A stretch of DNA of 64,000 nucleotides from an uncultured Actinomycetes bacterium (lineage in GTDB: Bacteria > Chloroflexota > Dormibacteria > Aeolococcales > Aeolococcaceae). The notes under the pieces are model-generated. The model made no database searches. It was not told the origin of the DNA and was given only the letters and a program-made list of their open reading frames with translations. Every line of letters starts with the position of its first letter. Position 1 is the first letter of the stretch. A program made the position numbers and the translations under genes. This document shows, piece by piece, positions 1 to 11,900 of the stretch. The stretch spans positions 2,533 to 66,532 of the forward strand of contig CAZCJX010000006.1 in the NCBI GenBank assembly GCA_964499205.1. Reading direction: 5' to 3'.

Positions 1-828
1 GCTGGTGCTGGCCCACAGCGGGCGCTGCACCAGCGCGCCGGCCTCGCGCAGCGTGGCGAAGCGCTCGCCGAGGAAGACCTGCTCGAACTTCTCGTAGGCC
101 AGCACCGCGTTGGCGATGGCGGCGGTGCCGAGCAGGCTCTGCAGCTCCTCGTTGTCGGGGTCGTCCCGGAGCTTGGCCTCGAGCTTCTTGTCGACGGCGG
201 TGTCGACGCGCGACACGAAGAAGGACGCGACGCTGTTGACGTGCACCGACTCGCCGCGCTCGAGGCGCTGTTCGAGACCGCGGATGTAGGCCTCGGCCAC
301 CGCCTCGTAGGCGCTGAGCGCGAAGATCAGAGTGATGTTGACGTTGATGCCGGCGGCGATGAGCCGCTCGATGGCGGGGATGCCCTCGCGCGTCGCCGGT
401 ACCTTGATCATCAGGTTGGGACGCTCCACCCGGGTCCAGAAGTCCTTGGCCATGGCCACGGTGGCCTCGGTGTCATGGCCGACGCGGGGAAGCACCTCCA
501 GCGACACCAGGCCGTCGGCGCCGTCGGTCCTGTCGTAGACCCCGCGCAGGGTGTCGGTGGCGTGCTGGATGTCGCTGATGGCGATGTTCAGGAACAGCTC
601 GTCGGCCGAGGTCACGCCGGCGTCGACCAGCTGCCGCAGGTGCTCGTCGTAGTCGGTGCCCTGCGACACCGCCTTCTGGAAGATGGTGGGGTTGCTGGTC
701 AGGCCGGTGACGTTGTCCTCGTCGATGTAGCGCTGCAGCCGGTCGGTGACGACCAGCTCGCGAGAGATGAAGTCGAGCCAGACGCTCTGGCCGTGGTCGG
801 CCAGCTCCTGGAGCGGGTTCTTTGCCAT
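1..828 (-). CDS. tal: Transaldolase (5' part; runs off the window's left edge)
   Basis: Manual translation from ATG at 828: MAKNPLQELADHGQSVWLDFISRE...GLTSNPTIFQKA...NLMIKVPAT (Schiff-base Lys)...SVASFFVSRVD; adjacent to tkt. Not in the ORF track because it is truncated. Confidence 0.95.
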   Translation of the reverse strand, partial: MAKNPLQELADHGQSVWLDFISRELVVTDRLQRYIDEDNVTGLTSNPTIFQKAVSQGTDYDEHLRQLVDAGVTSADELFLNIAISDIQHATDTLRGVYDRTDGADGLVSLEVLPRVGHDTEATVAMAKDFWTRVERPNLMIKVPATREGIPAIERLIAAGINVNITLIFALSAYEAVAEAYIRGLEQRLERGESVHVNSVASFFVSRVDTAVDKKLEAKLRDDPDNEELQSLLGTAAIANAVLAYEKFEQVFLGERFATLREAGALVQRPLWASTS

Positions 829-839
829 GTGCGCTGCCT

Positions 840-2885
840 CTATTCGCTGCTGGCGTTGGCGGCCATCGCCGCGCCCACGCTGGCCACGCCGCTGCCCGCG
901 CGAGCCCGTTCCATGGCGGTGCGGGCCGCCTCGACGACGCGGTCGACGGTGAAGCCGAAGAACTCGAAGAGATCCTTGGCGGGGGCGGAGGCCCCGAATC
1001 GGTCGATGCCGACCGCAACTCCGGCGCCGCCGATGTAGCGCTCCCAGCCGAAGGTGATGCCGGCCTCGACGGAGACGCGGGCCAGGACATCCTTTGGGAG
1101 CACCGACTCGCGGTATTCGGCGTCCTGCTGGTCGAAGAGCTCGAAGCAGGGCATGCTGACCACCCGGGCCCGGACTCCCTGCTGCTGCAACGCTTCGCCG
1201 GCCCGCACGACGAGCTGCAGCTCGCTGCCGGTGCCGATGAGGATAACCTCGGGGGTGCCCTCGCAGTCGCGCAACACGTAGGCGCCTCTGAGCACGTCGG
1301 GACTGGTCGTCTCGCTGTAGATCGGCAGCTTCTGGCGGCTCAGCGCCATCAGCGTCGGGCCGTTGCGGTGCTCCAGGGCGATGCGCCAGGCGGCGGTGGC
1401 TTCGTTGGCGTCGCCGGGGCGGACGACGTAGAGGTGGGGGATGGCGCGCAGGGCCATGAGGTGCTCAATGGGCTGGTGGGTGGGGCCGTCCTCGCCGAGG
1501 CCGATCGAGTCGTGGGTGAACACGTAGGTCACCGGGATGTTCATCAGGCAGGCGAGGCGGATGGCCGGGCGCCCGTAGTCGCTGAAGGTGAGGAAGGTGC
1601 CGCCGTAGACGTGCAGGCCGCCGTAGATGGACATGCCGTTGAGCGCGCTGCACATGGCGTGCTCGCGCACGCCGAAGGCGATGTTGCGCTGCACCGTGTC
1701 GGGGCCGAAGTAGCCGTCCGAGGTGATGTAGGTCTCGTTGGAGGACTTGAGGTCCGCCGAGCCGCCGACCAGGTTGGTGATCACCGGAGCCAGGGCGTTG
1801 ATCACCTTGCCGGAGGCGACGCGTGTCGATTCCTCTTTGCCCGCTTCGAACCGCGGCAGGAGCTGCTGCCAGTCGTGCGGCAGCTCGCCGCGCTCGTCGG
1901 CGTCCCAGAGCTGCGCCCTGTCGGGATTGGCCTGCTTCCAGGCGTCGAGCGTCTGCTCCCACTGCCTGCGCAGCTCGGCGCCCCTGGCGCCGGCGGTGCG
2001 GTAGAACTCGAGTGCGTCCTCGGGGACGTAGAAGGCAGGCTCGGTGGGCCAGCCCATGCGCTCCTTGGTGAGCCGCACCTCGTCGGCGCCGAGCGGGCTG
2101 CCGTGCGCCTTGGCGGTGTCCTGCTTGTTGGGGCTGCCCCAGCCGATGTGGGTGCGGCAGGCGATCAGGCTGGGGCGCTTGTCCTGCTTGGCGTTGGTGA
2201 TCGCCCGGTCGATGGCGTCGACGTCCTCGCCGTCGACGCGCTGGGTATGCCAGCCGTAGGCGTCGAAGCGCTGCACCACGTCCTCGGTGAAGGTGTCCTC
2301 GGTGGGACCGTCGAGGCTGATGTGGTTGTCGTCGTACAGATAGATGAGCTCGCCGAGCCGGAGGTGGCCGGCCAGGCTGGCCGCCTCCGAGGCGACGCCT
2401 TCCATCATGTCGCCGTCGCTGCAGAGCACGTAGATGTCGTGGTCGATGATGGCCTGCTCGGGCGTGTTGTAGCGCGCGGCGCGGAAGCGCTTGGCGATCG
2501 CCATGCCCACCGCGTTGGCGAAGCCCTGTCCCAGCGGGCCGGTGGTCACCTCGACGCCCGGCGTGTCGCGGTACTCGGGATGTCCTGGAGTTTTGGAATG
2601 CAACTGGCGGAAACGCTGCAGCTCGCTCATCGGCAAGTCGTAGCCGGTGAGGTGGAGCATCAGGTAGAGGAGGGCGGAGCCGTGGCCGGCGCTGAGGACG
2701 AAGCGGTCGCGGTTGGGCCAATGCGGGTCGCGCGGGTCGTAGCGCATCTGGCGCGTCCACAGCGTGTAGGCGATCGCTGACGCCCCCATCGGGAGCCCCG
2801 GGTGGCCCGAGTTGGCCTTCTCGACCATGTCCATGGCCAGGGCCCGGATGGTGTCGATGCAGCGCTGCTGCAGGGTGTCAGTCAC
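840..2885 (-). CDS. tkt: Transketolase
   Basis: [39 protein letters not shown] (TPP-binding), [11 protein letters not shown] motifs. Start moved to GTG 2885 because GGAGGAG SD lies just upstream; the ORF-track start at 3203 is an over-extension. Confidence 0.97.
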   Translation of the reverse strand: MTDTLQQRCIDTIRALAMDMVEKANSGHPGLPMGASAIAYTLWTRQMRYDPRDPHWPNRDRFVLSAGHGSALLYLMLHLTGYDLPMSELQRFRQLHSKTPGHPEYRDTPGVEVTTGPLGQGFANAVGMAIAKRFRAARYNTPEQAIIDHDIYVLCSDGDMMEGVASEAASLAGHLRLGELIYLYDDNHISLDGPTEDTFTEDVVQRFDAYGWHTQRVDGEDVDAIDRAITNAKQDKRPSLIACRTHIGWGSPNKQDTAKAHGSPLGADEVRLTKERMGWPTEPAFYVPEDALEFYRTAGARGAELRRQWEQTLDAWKQANPDRAQLWDADERGELPHDWQQLLPRFEAGKEESTRVASGKVINALAPVITNLVGGSADLKSSNETYITSDGYFGPDTVQRNIAFGVREHAMCSALNGMSIYGGLHVYGGTFLTFSDYGRPAIRLACLMNIPVTYVFTHDSIGLGEDGPTHQPIEHLMALRAIPHLYVVRPGDANEATAAWRIALEHRNGPTLMALSRQKLPIYSETTSPDVLRGAYVLRDCEGTPEVILIGTGSELQLVVRAGEALQQQGVRARVVSMPCFELFDQQDAEYRESVLPKDVLARVSVEAGITFGWERYIGGAGVAVGIDRFGASAPAKDLFEFFGFTVDRVVEAARTAMERARAGSGVASVGAAMAANASSE

Positions 2886-2973
2886 GAGGCGAACTCCTCC
2901 GCTGCTCGGCGGCCACTCGGCGGCGCGGTGCCGCACCCCCCATGATGGCGAGAAGGGGGTGGGCAGTGCAGCG

Positions 2974-3693
2974 TCAGCCCGGCCCGAGCAGCCCGGCGAC
3001 GGCGCAGGCCGCGGCGGCCCTGATCGCCTCGTGGTGGCGGCGGTCCGCCTCGCGCTGGGTGCGGCGGAGGCTGGGGGCGACGTAGCCGAGCGCGGTGCGC
3101 CACCAGGGGCGGCCGGTGGCGCCGTCGGGGACGTCGCGGAGCAGGTCGCGGTCGTGCTCGGGGTCGTTGGTGGTGATGCCCAGGCAGACCAGGGTGACCC
3201 CACCCATGGCGGCGGCGGCGTCGCGCCAGACGTCGACGTTGGGGTCCCAGGCGGCGAAGCCGGCGGCTTTGAGGGTGTCGCGCGACGCCTGGCCGAGGAC
3301 CGGCTCGGCGACGGCGGCGACCCGGCCGGTGAGCGTTTTGCCGTCGGGGGCCGGTGCCGCCCCCGCGGCGAGGATCGCCATGTCGCGCTCGCCGTCGAGG
3401 ACCACCGTGCCGGGCTCTGCCATCCCCGTGCCGGGGCCGGCGCCGGCGAAGACCAGCCAGCGGGCGCGGGGCATCCAGAAGGAGGCCGCCTGCCGGCTCG
3501 CCTCGTCGCCCTTGCCGCCCACCACCACCGCCAGCGTGCCGCGGTCGGTGACGCAGGTCCAGGCGAGCTTGGCCCGGCCGGCGGGGACGCTGCGGGTCTT
3601 CAGGCCCCGCGCGTGGAGCACGGCGCGGACGGCCTCGGCGTCCTGGTGCAGCGCGCAGGCCACGAGGCCGCTCAGCCAGGGGTCGCTGCTCAC
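2974..3693 (-). CDS. Hypothetical protein, possibly nucleoside-phosphorylase-like fold
   Basis: GTG 3693 overlaps the upstream stop (GTGA). Pattern 'LVFAGAGPG...PGTVVL...[10 protein letters not shown]...AAWD' loosely resembles the PNP/UDP/MTAN superfamily; the fold is a weak inference. Confidence 0.5.
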   Translation of the reverse strand: MSSDPWLSGLVACALHQDAEAVRAVLHARGLKTRSVPAGRAKLAWTCVTDRGTLAVVVGGKGDEASRQAASFWMPRARWLVFAGAGPGTGMAEPGTVVLDGERDMAILAAGAAPAPDGKTLTGRVAAVAEPVLGQASRDTLKAAGFAAWDPNVDVWRDAAAAMGGVTLVCLGITTNDPEHDRDLLRDVPDGATGRPWWRTALGYVAPSLRRTQREADRRHHEAIRAAAACAVAGLLGPG

Positions 3694-3914
3694 TGCGGCT
3701 GCTTCGCGGCCCCCTGCCCGTGGCCCGCCCGCTCCTCGGCCTTGGTGACCCCGTTGGTCGCCCAGAGCTCCGCCGGGTGCTCGTCGACGATGACGGTGAC
3801 CGCGCCCGGCGGGACGCCGAGCGTGTCGACCACGGTGCGGTGGAGGTTGTCGATCAGGGTGCGGAGCAGCTCGGGGGGACGCCCGCCGACCAGGTCGATG
3901 CGCACCAGGGGCAC
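3690..3914 (-). CDS. 4-oxalocrotonate tautomerase family protein
   Basis: GTG start then PLVRIDLVGGR (Pro1, Arg11), ~74 aa, 'VTVIVDE...LWATNG'; GGAGG SD upstream. Confidence 0.85.
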   Translation of the reverse strand: MPLVRIDLVGGRPPELLRTLIDNLHRTVVDTLGVPPGAVTVIVDEHPAELWATNGVTKAEERAGHGQGAAKQPQ

Positions 3915-4056
3915 GGGTTGGGCCTCCGTGTGTGGGTGTTTGGCGCATTGTGCCGGGCCGGGTGGGGGCGGCGCGCTCCGCGTCGTGCCGGGGGGCGCGG
4001 GGGTTCGGTGTAGAATCCGGGCTGCCGTGCGGGGCTCTCTGGCCCCTGATGGCCGC

Positions 4057-4133
4057 GCGCCCATAGCTCAGCCCGGATAGAGCAGCGGACTACGGATCCG
4101 CGTGCGGGGGTTCAAATCCTCCTGGGCGCGCCA
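4057..4133 (+). tRNA. tRNA-Arg (anticodon ACG)
   Basis: Acceptor stem GCGCCCA/TGGGCGC with encoded CCA; D-arm AGCTCAG..GGATAGAGC; anticodon arm GCGGA-CTACGGA-TCCGC; T-loop GGTTCAAATCC; 77 nt. Confidence 0.97.
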
Positions 4134-4287
4134 TTCCTCTGAGCTCGAACTAGGGCTCTGACGCGTCTCCGGGACGCCGTGCGGGTGTGGTGTATACCTA
4201 CGCGTATAGCTACCGCGGTGGGACTTCGTCCATGCCCATGCAGGTGCGGGAGGCGCGCAGGTCACCGGACGAGCGCGAGCGCCCGAC

Positions 4288-5432
4288 TCAGCGAAAGACT
4301 TCGAGCACCGTCGGCGAGATGCGGTCGTTGAAGTCCGTGATGGTGTTGGCCCCTGCGACCACCTGGATGGTGTGCGTCCCTGGCGGAATGCCTCCCGGCA
4401 CGATGTCGCCACCGCAGAGCAGCATGTGGGTTTCGGCCGGGTTGGCGAAGATCTGGGCGCGCCCCACGGGGTTGCCGTCGATCAGCACGGTGGCGGTGAG
4501 CAGTTGGTTGGGCTGGTGGCTGTAGGCCGAGACCCAGAGGCAGATCAGCTGCGTCCCACCCTGCGAGGTGAACGGCGCCGACGCGATGACGCCGCCGCCC
4601 TGTCGGGTCGCGCACTCGTCGTTGCCCTTGAGCTGGGTGGCGATCGTCGGCGGTGGCAGCTCGAGCACGGTCAGCGCCCAGAGGTCGTTGCTGTCGATCG
4701 TGGTGCCGGTCATGGGTGTCAGGTGGAGCGCGTGGGTCTTGGCTGGGGCAGAGCGGACGCGGTCACCGCCGACCAGCCCATGTGGCTGCTGGCGGGATTG
4801 GCGAAAAGCTGGAAGGTGGCGTTGGGGTTGCCGTCGAGCTGGAGCAGTGCGCCGAGCATCTGGCCGCCGGTCTGCGAGTACCCCGTCGCCGACACCGAGA
4901 TGAGCAGCGGGCCGCCGCTGCAGGAGAAGTTCTGCTGCGTGTACAGGCTCGGACTCGATGCGAAGCCGAACGTCGCCAGGCGCACCAGCGGCGGCACGCC
5001 GATGTCGCTGATGTCGAGGATGGCCATGTTGACGATGTCGTTAGCGTCGGTGGTCACCACGCCGGGGGCGACGACGCCGAACCTCGACTCGCCGTCGGGC
5101 AGCGGCTGGACCTGGGCGCGACGTCGCAGCAGCGCCATGTGGGTCGCCGCCGGATTGACGAAGCCTGCCGTGGACAGCGCTGAGTCGCCCAGGTTGTTGA
5201 CCAGCAGCGCCGCCTTCAGCCCCTGGTTGCCCGACTTCGTCCACGCCGAGCACTGTCAGAACATCACGACCGGTCCCGCCTTCCCGAGGTTGACGATCGA
5301 GTCGGGCACGATCTTCTGTTCTCTGTCGGGTGGGTGGCAGGGATAGTTGGCGTAGACGCTGGCGACGAGTTGCGAACTGGCGACTGCTGCTGCCGCGTCG
5401 CCGGCTGTGCCGGCATCCGTGACCGTGCTCAC
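4288..5432 (-). pseudogene. Interrupted ~380-aa protein of three tandem ~125-aa beta-rich repeats (in-frame TGA at 5256-5258, 1-nt frameshift near 4779)
   Basis: Fragments join into three homologous units with F(V/A)NPAxxHM and T(T/I)DxND motifs; see finding. May be a real pseudogene or sequence error. Confidence 0.7.
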
Positions 5433-5455
5433 GTCCTGTCCGCCTTCGATGGCGA

Positions 5456-5881
5456 TCAGATGCGGTTGACGATCGCCTCGTAGTGCTGCCCGCGCGACGT
5501 CGCAGTGGCGGGAACGAGGAAGAGCTGCACGCTGCCGAGCTCCCGATGGTCGAGTGTCACCGTCTGCTGGCCCGGCGACAGGGCGGAGTCGCCGTTGAAG
5601 ACCAGCGCAAACGTCTGCGGGCCCGAGGTCGTCGAGGCACCGGCGGGCAGGAGGTTGCTGGCCGCGATCAATTCGAGCGACGTGGGGTGACCGCCGGCGG
5701 ACGTGGTCCGGAACCGCGACCCGACGAGACCGCTCCATTGGCTGAAGGTCCATGTGTTGGTCGCGGTCGACGAGGCCTGTGCCGCGACGGCATTGAGCAG
5801 GCGGACCGGCAGGGCGGCGAGGGCCACGGTCGCCGCTCCGGCCCTGAGCAGGGCACGCCGAGTGAAGGTGTGTTGGACCAT
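5456..5881 (-). CDS. DUF6916-like protein with twin-arginine (Tat) signal
   Basis: N-term TFTRRALLRAG + hydrophobic stretch + AVAA. C-term 'FALVF...TLDHRELGSVQLFLVP...YEAIVNR' matches 13762-14100. Confidence 0.75.
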   Translation of the reverse strand: MVQHTFTRRALLRAGAATVALAALPVRLLNAVAAQASSTATNTWTFSQWSGLVGSRFRTTSAGGHPTSLELIAASNLLPAGASTTSGPQTFALVFNGDSALSPGQQTVTLDHRELGSVQLFLVPATATSRGQHYEAIVNRI

Positions 5882-5979
5882 GGAGATTGCACCTGGGTGG
5901 GGTGGATTGGCCGGGGGCTCTCGCCGGAGAACCCCCGGACCACTGTCAAACCGAGTTCTTCAGTTGTTGTCCGCGCCGG

Positions 5980-8900
5980 CTAGAAGTTGGCGGCTCCGCA
6001 CTGCCCGCTGCGACCGCCGCTGACATGGTTCGGCTTGAGGTCGTCGATCGGTGCGGGATTGTTGCCGCTGCAGCTCAGGCTGCCCTTGATGGTGTTGGCC
6101 TCGATCTCGGCTGTCGCGTTCTCGGAGTCGAGCGGCGTGCCGAGACTGAGTACGTTGTTGTTGACGGTGACCGCTCCCTTGACGCTGTTGCCGCCGATCT
6201 CGAACCCGCCCGAGTTGCCGCTCAGCGTGATGCCGCCGCCCACGGTGTTGGTGCCGCAGGAGAAGGACGGGTCGTCGCCGGCGCCGCCGATGAGCACGAA
6301 GCCGGTGCTGTTGCCGACCAGGATGGAGCCCGACGCGGTGGAGTCACCGCAGACGGCCAGCATCCTGGCGCCGTTGGAGGTGATGCCGTTGCCGATGGTC
6401 GAGCCGACGATCGACACCGAGGCGCCCCCGCTGATGCTGACGCCGCCGCTGATCTTGGCGTTGTCGACACAGGCCGAGCCGCCGGTGATGGTGACGCCGC
6501 CCTTGATGGTGCCGGTGAAGTTGGTGGTGCAGCCCACGGTCACGTTGACGGTGCCGAAGCTGGGCTTGAAGGTGTTGGCCTGCCCGTTGTAGTCGGCGCG
6601 GATGGTGTGCGGACCCTGCTGCAGGCTGTTGGTGGTCCACTGCGCCTGAGCGCTGCCGTTGAGCGTCACCGTGGCCTGCTGCACGCCGTCGACGGAGAAG
6701 GTGACGGTGCCGGCCGGAGTGCCGGTCGCCGGTGACACCGGCGCCACGGTTGCGGTGAAGGTGACGTTCGACCCGTAGGTCGGCGTGGTGGTGCTGGCGG
6801 TCACCGTGGTGGTGGTCGGCGCGGCGCCGACGATTAGGGTGAAGTTCTGCGTCCCGTCGCTGCCCACGCCGTTGTGCGCGGTGAAGGTGATGGGATAGCT
6901 GCTCGACGTGCCGCTGCCGGGAGTGCCGCTCAGCGTGCCGGTGCCGTTGCCGTTGTCGGTGAAGCTGACGCCGCTGGGCAGGGTGCCGCTCTCACTCAGA
7001 CTGGGAGTTGGGAAGCCGCGGGTGGTGACAGTGAAGCTGTTGAAGGTGTTGACCTGGAAGGTCACCGTGTTGGCGCTGGTGATCGCGGCCGCCTCGTCGA
7101 CGGTGAGGGTGAAGCTCTGCGTGGCGTCGCTACCCACGCCGTTGTGGGCGGTGAAGCTGATGTGGTAGACGCCGCCGGTCCCGGTGTTGGGCGTGCCGCT
7201 CAGAGTGCCGGTGCCGTTTCCGTTGTCGACGAAGCTGAGGCCGCCGGGCAGCGAGCCGACCTCACTGATGCTCGGCGTCGGGAAGCCGGTGGTGGTGACG
7301 CTGAAGGTGTTGCTGCTGCCGGCGGTGAAGGTGGTGCTGTTGGCGCTGGTGATGGCGGCGGCCTGGTCGACGGTCAGGGTGAAGTTCTGCGTCCCGTCGG
7401 AGCCGATGCCGTTGTGCGCTGTGAAGCTGATGTGGTAGACGCCGCCGCTGCCCGCGCCGGGCGTGCCGGCCAGCGTCGCGGTGCCGTTCCCGTTGTCGGT
7501 GAACGTCACGCCGCCCGGCAGCGCTCCCGACTCCCCGATGCTCGGCGCCGGGAAGCCGCTGGTGGTGACGGTGAAGCTTCCGGCGGTGCCGACGGTGAAC
7601 GTGGTGCTGCTGGCGCTTGTGATCGACGCCGCCTCGTCGACGGTCAGCGTGAACGGCTGAGTCGCGTCGGTCGACTGCCCGTTGTGCGCCGTGATGGTGA
7701 AGCTGTAGGTGCCGCCGGTGCCGGCTGCGGGCGTGCCGCTCAGTGTCGCCGTGCCGTCGCCGTTGTCGGCGAAGGTCACGCCGCTGGGCAGGAGGGCTCC
7801 TCCGTCACTGAGGCTGGGGATCGGGAATCCGCGGGTGGTGACCTTGAAGGTGCCGGCCGCACCCACGGTGAAGGTGGTGTTGTTGGCGCTGGTGATGGCC
7901 ACCGCCTCGTCGACGGTGAGGGTGAAGGTCTGGGTGGCGTCAGTGCCGATGCCGTTGCTGGCGGTGAGGCGCAGCGTGTACGTTCCGCCGCTGCCCACTG
8001 CGGGCGTGCCGGCCAGCGTCGCGGTGCCGTTCCCGTTGTCGGTGAAGGTCACGCCGCCCGGCAGCGCTCCCGACTCGCCGATGCTCGGCGCCGGGAAGCC
8101 GTCGGTGCTGACATGGAAGGTGCCGGCCGTGCCCACGGTGAAGGTGGCGTGGTCGGCGCTGGTGAACGAGGGAGCCTCGTTAACAGTGAGGGTGAAGGGC
8201 TGCGTCGCGTCACTGCCCACCCCGTTGTGCGCGGCGATGGTGAAGCTGTACGTGCCGCCCGTGCCCGTCGCGGGCGTCCCGCTCAGGGTCGCCGTGCCGT
8301 CGCCGTTGTCGACGAAGGTCACACCGCTGGGCAGCACTGCTCCGCCGTCGCTCAGGCTCGGGGCCGGGAAGCCGCCGGTGGTCACGTTGAAGCTGCCCGC
8401 GGTGCCCACCGTGAAGGTGGTGCTGGCCGCGCTGGCGATGCTCGGTGCCTCGTCGACCGTCAGCGTGAAGCTCTGGGTCGCGTCGCTGCCGACGCCGTTG
8501 CTGGCCTTGAAGCTCAGCGAGTAGGTTCCGCCAGTCCCCGACGCGGGCGTGCCGCTCAGCGTCGCGGTGCCGTCGCCGTTGTCGGTGAAGGTGATGCCGC
8601 CCGGCAGCGTGCCGGTCTCGCTGATGCCGGGAGCCGGGAAGCCGGCCGTCTGCACGGTGAAGGTGCCCGCGCTGCCGACGGTGAAGGTGGCGTGGTCGGC
8701 GCTGGTCAACGACGGCGCCTCGTCGACGGTGAGGGTGAAGGGCTGCGTCGCGTCGCTACCCACGCCGTTGTGCGCGGTGATGGTGAAGCTGTAGGTGCCG
8801 CCGGTGCCTGCCGCCGGCGTGCCACTCAGGGTGGCGGTGCCGTCGCCGTTGTCGACGAAGGCCACCCCGCTGGGCAGCGTCGCGCTGCCGTCACTGATGC

Positions 8901-11900
8901 TCGGCGTGGGAGTGCCGGTGGTGGTCACCGTGAAGGTGCCCGCCGTCCCCACGGTGAAGGTGGTGTGGTCGGCGCTGGTGATCGCCGGCGCCTCGTTCAC
9001 CTGCAGGGTGAAGCCCTGGGTGGCGTCCGGAGGTGCGCTGTTGTGCGCGGTGATGGTGAAGCTGTATGTGCCGGCGCTGCCCGCCGCGGGCGTGCCCGCC
9101 AGGGTCGCGGTGCCGTCGCCGTTGTCGGTGAAGGTCACCCCGCCGGGAAGGGTGGCCCCGCCGTCACTGATGGTCATCGGCAGCGAGCCCGTCGTGGTGA
9201 CGGTGAACGTGCCGGCCTGTCCCACCACGAAGGTGGTGTGGTCGGCGCTGGTGATGTGCGGCGTGCCCAGCACGTGCAGGGTGAAGTTCTGCGACGCGTC
9301 GGGCGCCACGCCGTTGCTGGCGCCGATGCTGACCGGGTAGTCGCCTGCGGTGCTGTTGCCCGGCGTGCCGGCCAGCGTCGCCGTGCCGTCGTGGTTGTCG
9401 GTGAAGGTCACCCCGCTGGGCAGCGTGCCGGACTCGGTGATCGACATCGAGGCCCCGGCCGGGAACCCGGTGGTGGTGACCGTGAATGTCCCGGCGCTGC
9501 CAACCGTGAACGTGGTGGTGGCCGCACTCGTGATGGCCGGCGGCTGGTCGACGGTGAGGGTGAAGCTCTGCGTGCCGTCAGCGCCGATGCCGTTGTGGGC
9601 GGTGATGGTGAAGGTGTAGGTGCCGCCCGTGCCCGCAGCTGGGGTGCCGGCCAGCGTCGCGGTGCCGTCGCCGTTGTCGACGAAGGTCACCCCACTGGGC
9701 AGCGTGGCGCCGCCGTCGCTCAGCGTCGGCGTCGGGAAGCCGCGCGAGGTCACCGAGAAGGTGCCGGCCTGTCCGGTGGTGAAGGTCGTGTGGTTTGCGC
9801 TGATGACGCTGGCCGCCTCGTCGACGGTCAAGGTGAAGCTCTGCGTCGCGTTCGGGGTGACGCCGTTGCTGGCGGTGATGGTGAAGCTGTACGTGCCACC
9901 GGTGCCGGCCGCGGGGGTGCCGGCGAGCGTGGCCGTGCCGTTGCCGTTGTCGGTGAAGGTCACACCGCTGGGCAGCGTGGCGCCGCCGTCATTGAGGCTC
10001 GCATGCGGGAACCCCGTCGTTGTGACCGTGAATGTCCCGGCGCTGCCAACCGTGAACGTGGTGGTGGCCGCACTCGTGATGGCCGGCGGCTGGTCGATGG
10101 TCAGCGTGAAGCTCTGCACGGCATCAGTGCCGCTGCTGTTGTGCGCGGTGAACTGCAGCGCGTACTGGCCGCCCGTCCCGCTGCTGGGCGTGCCGCTGAG
10201 GACGTGCGTGCTGCTGTCGTAGGTCACCCCGCCGGGTAGCGAGCCGCTGGTCAGGGTGACGCTCGGCGCCGGGTAGCCACAGTCGGTGACGGTGAAGGTG
10301 CCGGCCTGGCCGGTGGTGAACGTCGTGTTGTTGGCGCTGGTGATCGAGGGCGCCTCGTTGACCGTCAGGGTGAAGTTCTGGGTGTCGGTGGCGTCCTGGT
10401 TGGTGGCGGTGAGATGGTTCGTCGCCGTGATGACGATGTTGTAGACGCCACCGTGGCACGCCGTCGGTGACCCGCTCAGCACGCCGGCGCTGGTCAGGGT
10501 GACGCCCGGCGGCAGCGCGCCGGTCTCACTGAAGGTCGGCGGCGGGTAGCCGGCGGCGGTGACGTGGAAGCAGTTGGAGAGGGTCCCCGAACAGCTCACC
10601 GAGGCGCCCACCAGGAAGGTGGCGCTGCTGCCGCTGGTGATGTGCGGCGGTTGGTCGACCTCGATGGTTGTCTGCGTCTGCTGGCCGTCGATGGTGGCGG
10701 TCGGATGGTCGAGACCGCCGGTGCTCCCTGCGGTGTACGTGGTGCTGGCGCTGCCGCTCGAGAGGGTGCCCGAGGTCGGCGACACCGTGCCCAGCGTGCC
10801 GTTGCCGAAGCTCACCGGGATGCCGTCGGGCAGGTGGTGCGCCGGCGCGATGGTGCCGCCGGTGTGGGTGTGGTCGAGGTCGGCGGTCACGGTGTCGGTT
10901 GTGTTGACCAGGATGGCCGCCGCCGACGGAGTCACCGTCAGCACCTGCCAGTTGGTCGGCGTGAAGTTCGTCGCAGTGCCCGGGCCGGTGTTGAAGCCCC
11001 ACCAATCGGTGTTGGCGTTGACGGTGGCCGACGCGTTGTTGATCGCGCCGTTGGTGGTGGCGGTGTTGTTGTAGATGCGGCTGTAGTCGAGGTTGAGGGT
11101 GCCTCCACCATCGTGGACGGCGCCCCCCGTGGGCGCGGTGTTGCCCGTCATCGTCGACCCGCTCATGTTCACCGTGTACGCGGCGCCGCCCATGTCGAGG
11201 GCACCGCCCGAGATGGTCGCCGTGTTGCCGGTGAACGTCGAGTTGGTGATGCTCGACGTGATGGAGTTCCCACTGGAGAGGGCCACCGCGCCGCCGACGT
11301 CTCCGCGGTTGCCGCTGAAGCTCGAGTTGCTGAGGGTGAGGACGGAACCCGTCTCTTCGAGGTCGATGGCTCCGCCCGGGCCGCCGCCTGCGGAGTTGTT
11401 GGTGAAGGTCGACCCGCTCACGGTCAGCGCGCCGAAGACCTGGCTGATTCCGCCACCGGGGACGTTGGTGGCCGTGCTGTACAGGACGTTGTCGTCGAAG
11501 ATGCAGTTGGTGATGGTCGTGTTGTCCACCGGCCCCGTTGCACCGGTGATCAGCCCGGCGCCGCCGAACTGGTTCGTCCTCCCGCCGGAGACGGTCACCC
11601 CGATGAGTGTCACGTTGCGGTTGCCCGCAACGCCGGGATCGACGTCGAAGACACGGAAGCACGTGGCGGGCGCCGACGATGTGCAGGTCGAGGGCTGCTG
11701 GGCATGGATGATCGTCGACGCCGCGCCCGCACCGCTGATGGTGACGGTGACGGGGATACTGGGGCCGATCTGCAGCTCACCCAGGCTCGACGTGAGGTTG
11801 TATGTCCCCGCCGGCACGTTGATGGTGTTCGTCCCGCCCGCGTTGTTGCTCGCCTCGATGGCGGCGCGCAGGCTGCACGGGGAGTTGCAGGTGGTGGCGT

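Noticed and set aside
2974-3693. Specific call as hopanoid-associated phosphorylase
   Set aside because: Resemblance is only fold-level and no hopanoid genes are adjacent.
4134-4287. attachment site or small RNA after the tRNA (TATAC-N6-GTATA; ORFs 4068-4412 and 4187-4525)
   Set aside because: Short inverted repeat could be chance, no second att copy found, ORFs lack SD and motifs.
5256-5258. Selenocysteine at the in-frame TGA (F-U-Q-C)
   Set aside because: Aligns with Val/Leu in the sister repeats, no clear SECIS seen, and the gene has a second lesion; nonsense change or error is simpler.
6874-10239. 1121-aa plus-strand ORF and many other long antisense ORFs (822-2780, 25867-28326, 38174-40372, 40891-43716, 48738-51542)
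   Set aside because: Shadow frames of high-GC genes on the opposite strand; Ala/Gly/Arg-rich, no motifs, periodicity mirrors the real gene.
6840-10700. Regular ~276-nt repeats as a possible CRISPR array
   Set aside because: They are coding Ig-domain repeats in one ORF, with no short invariant repeat/unique spacer pattern and no cas genes.
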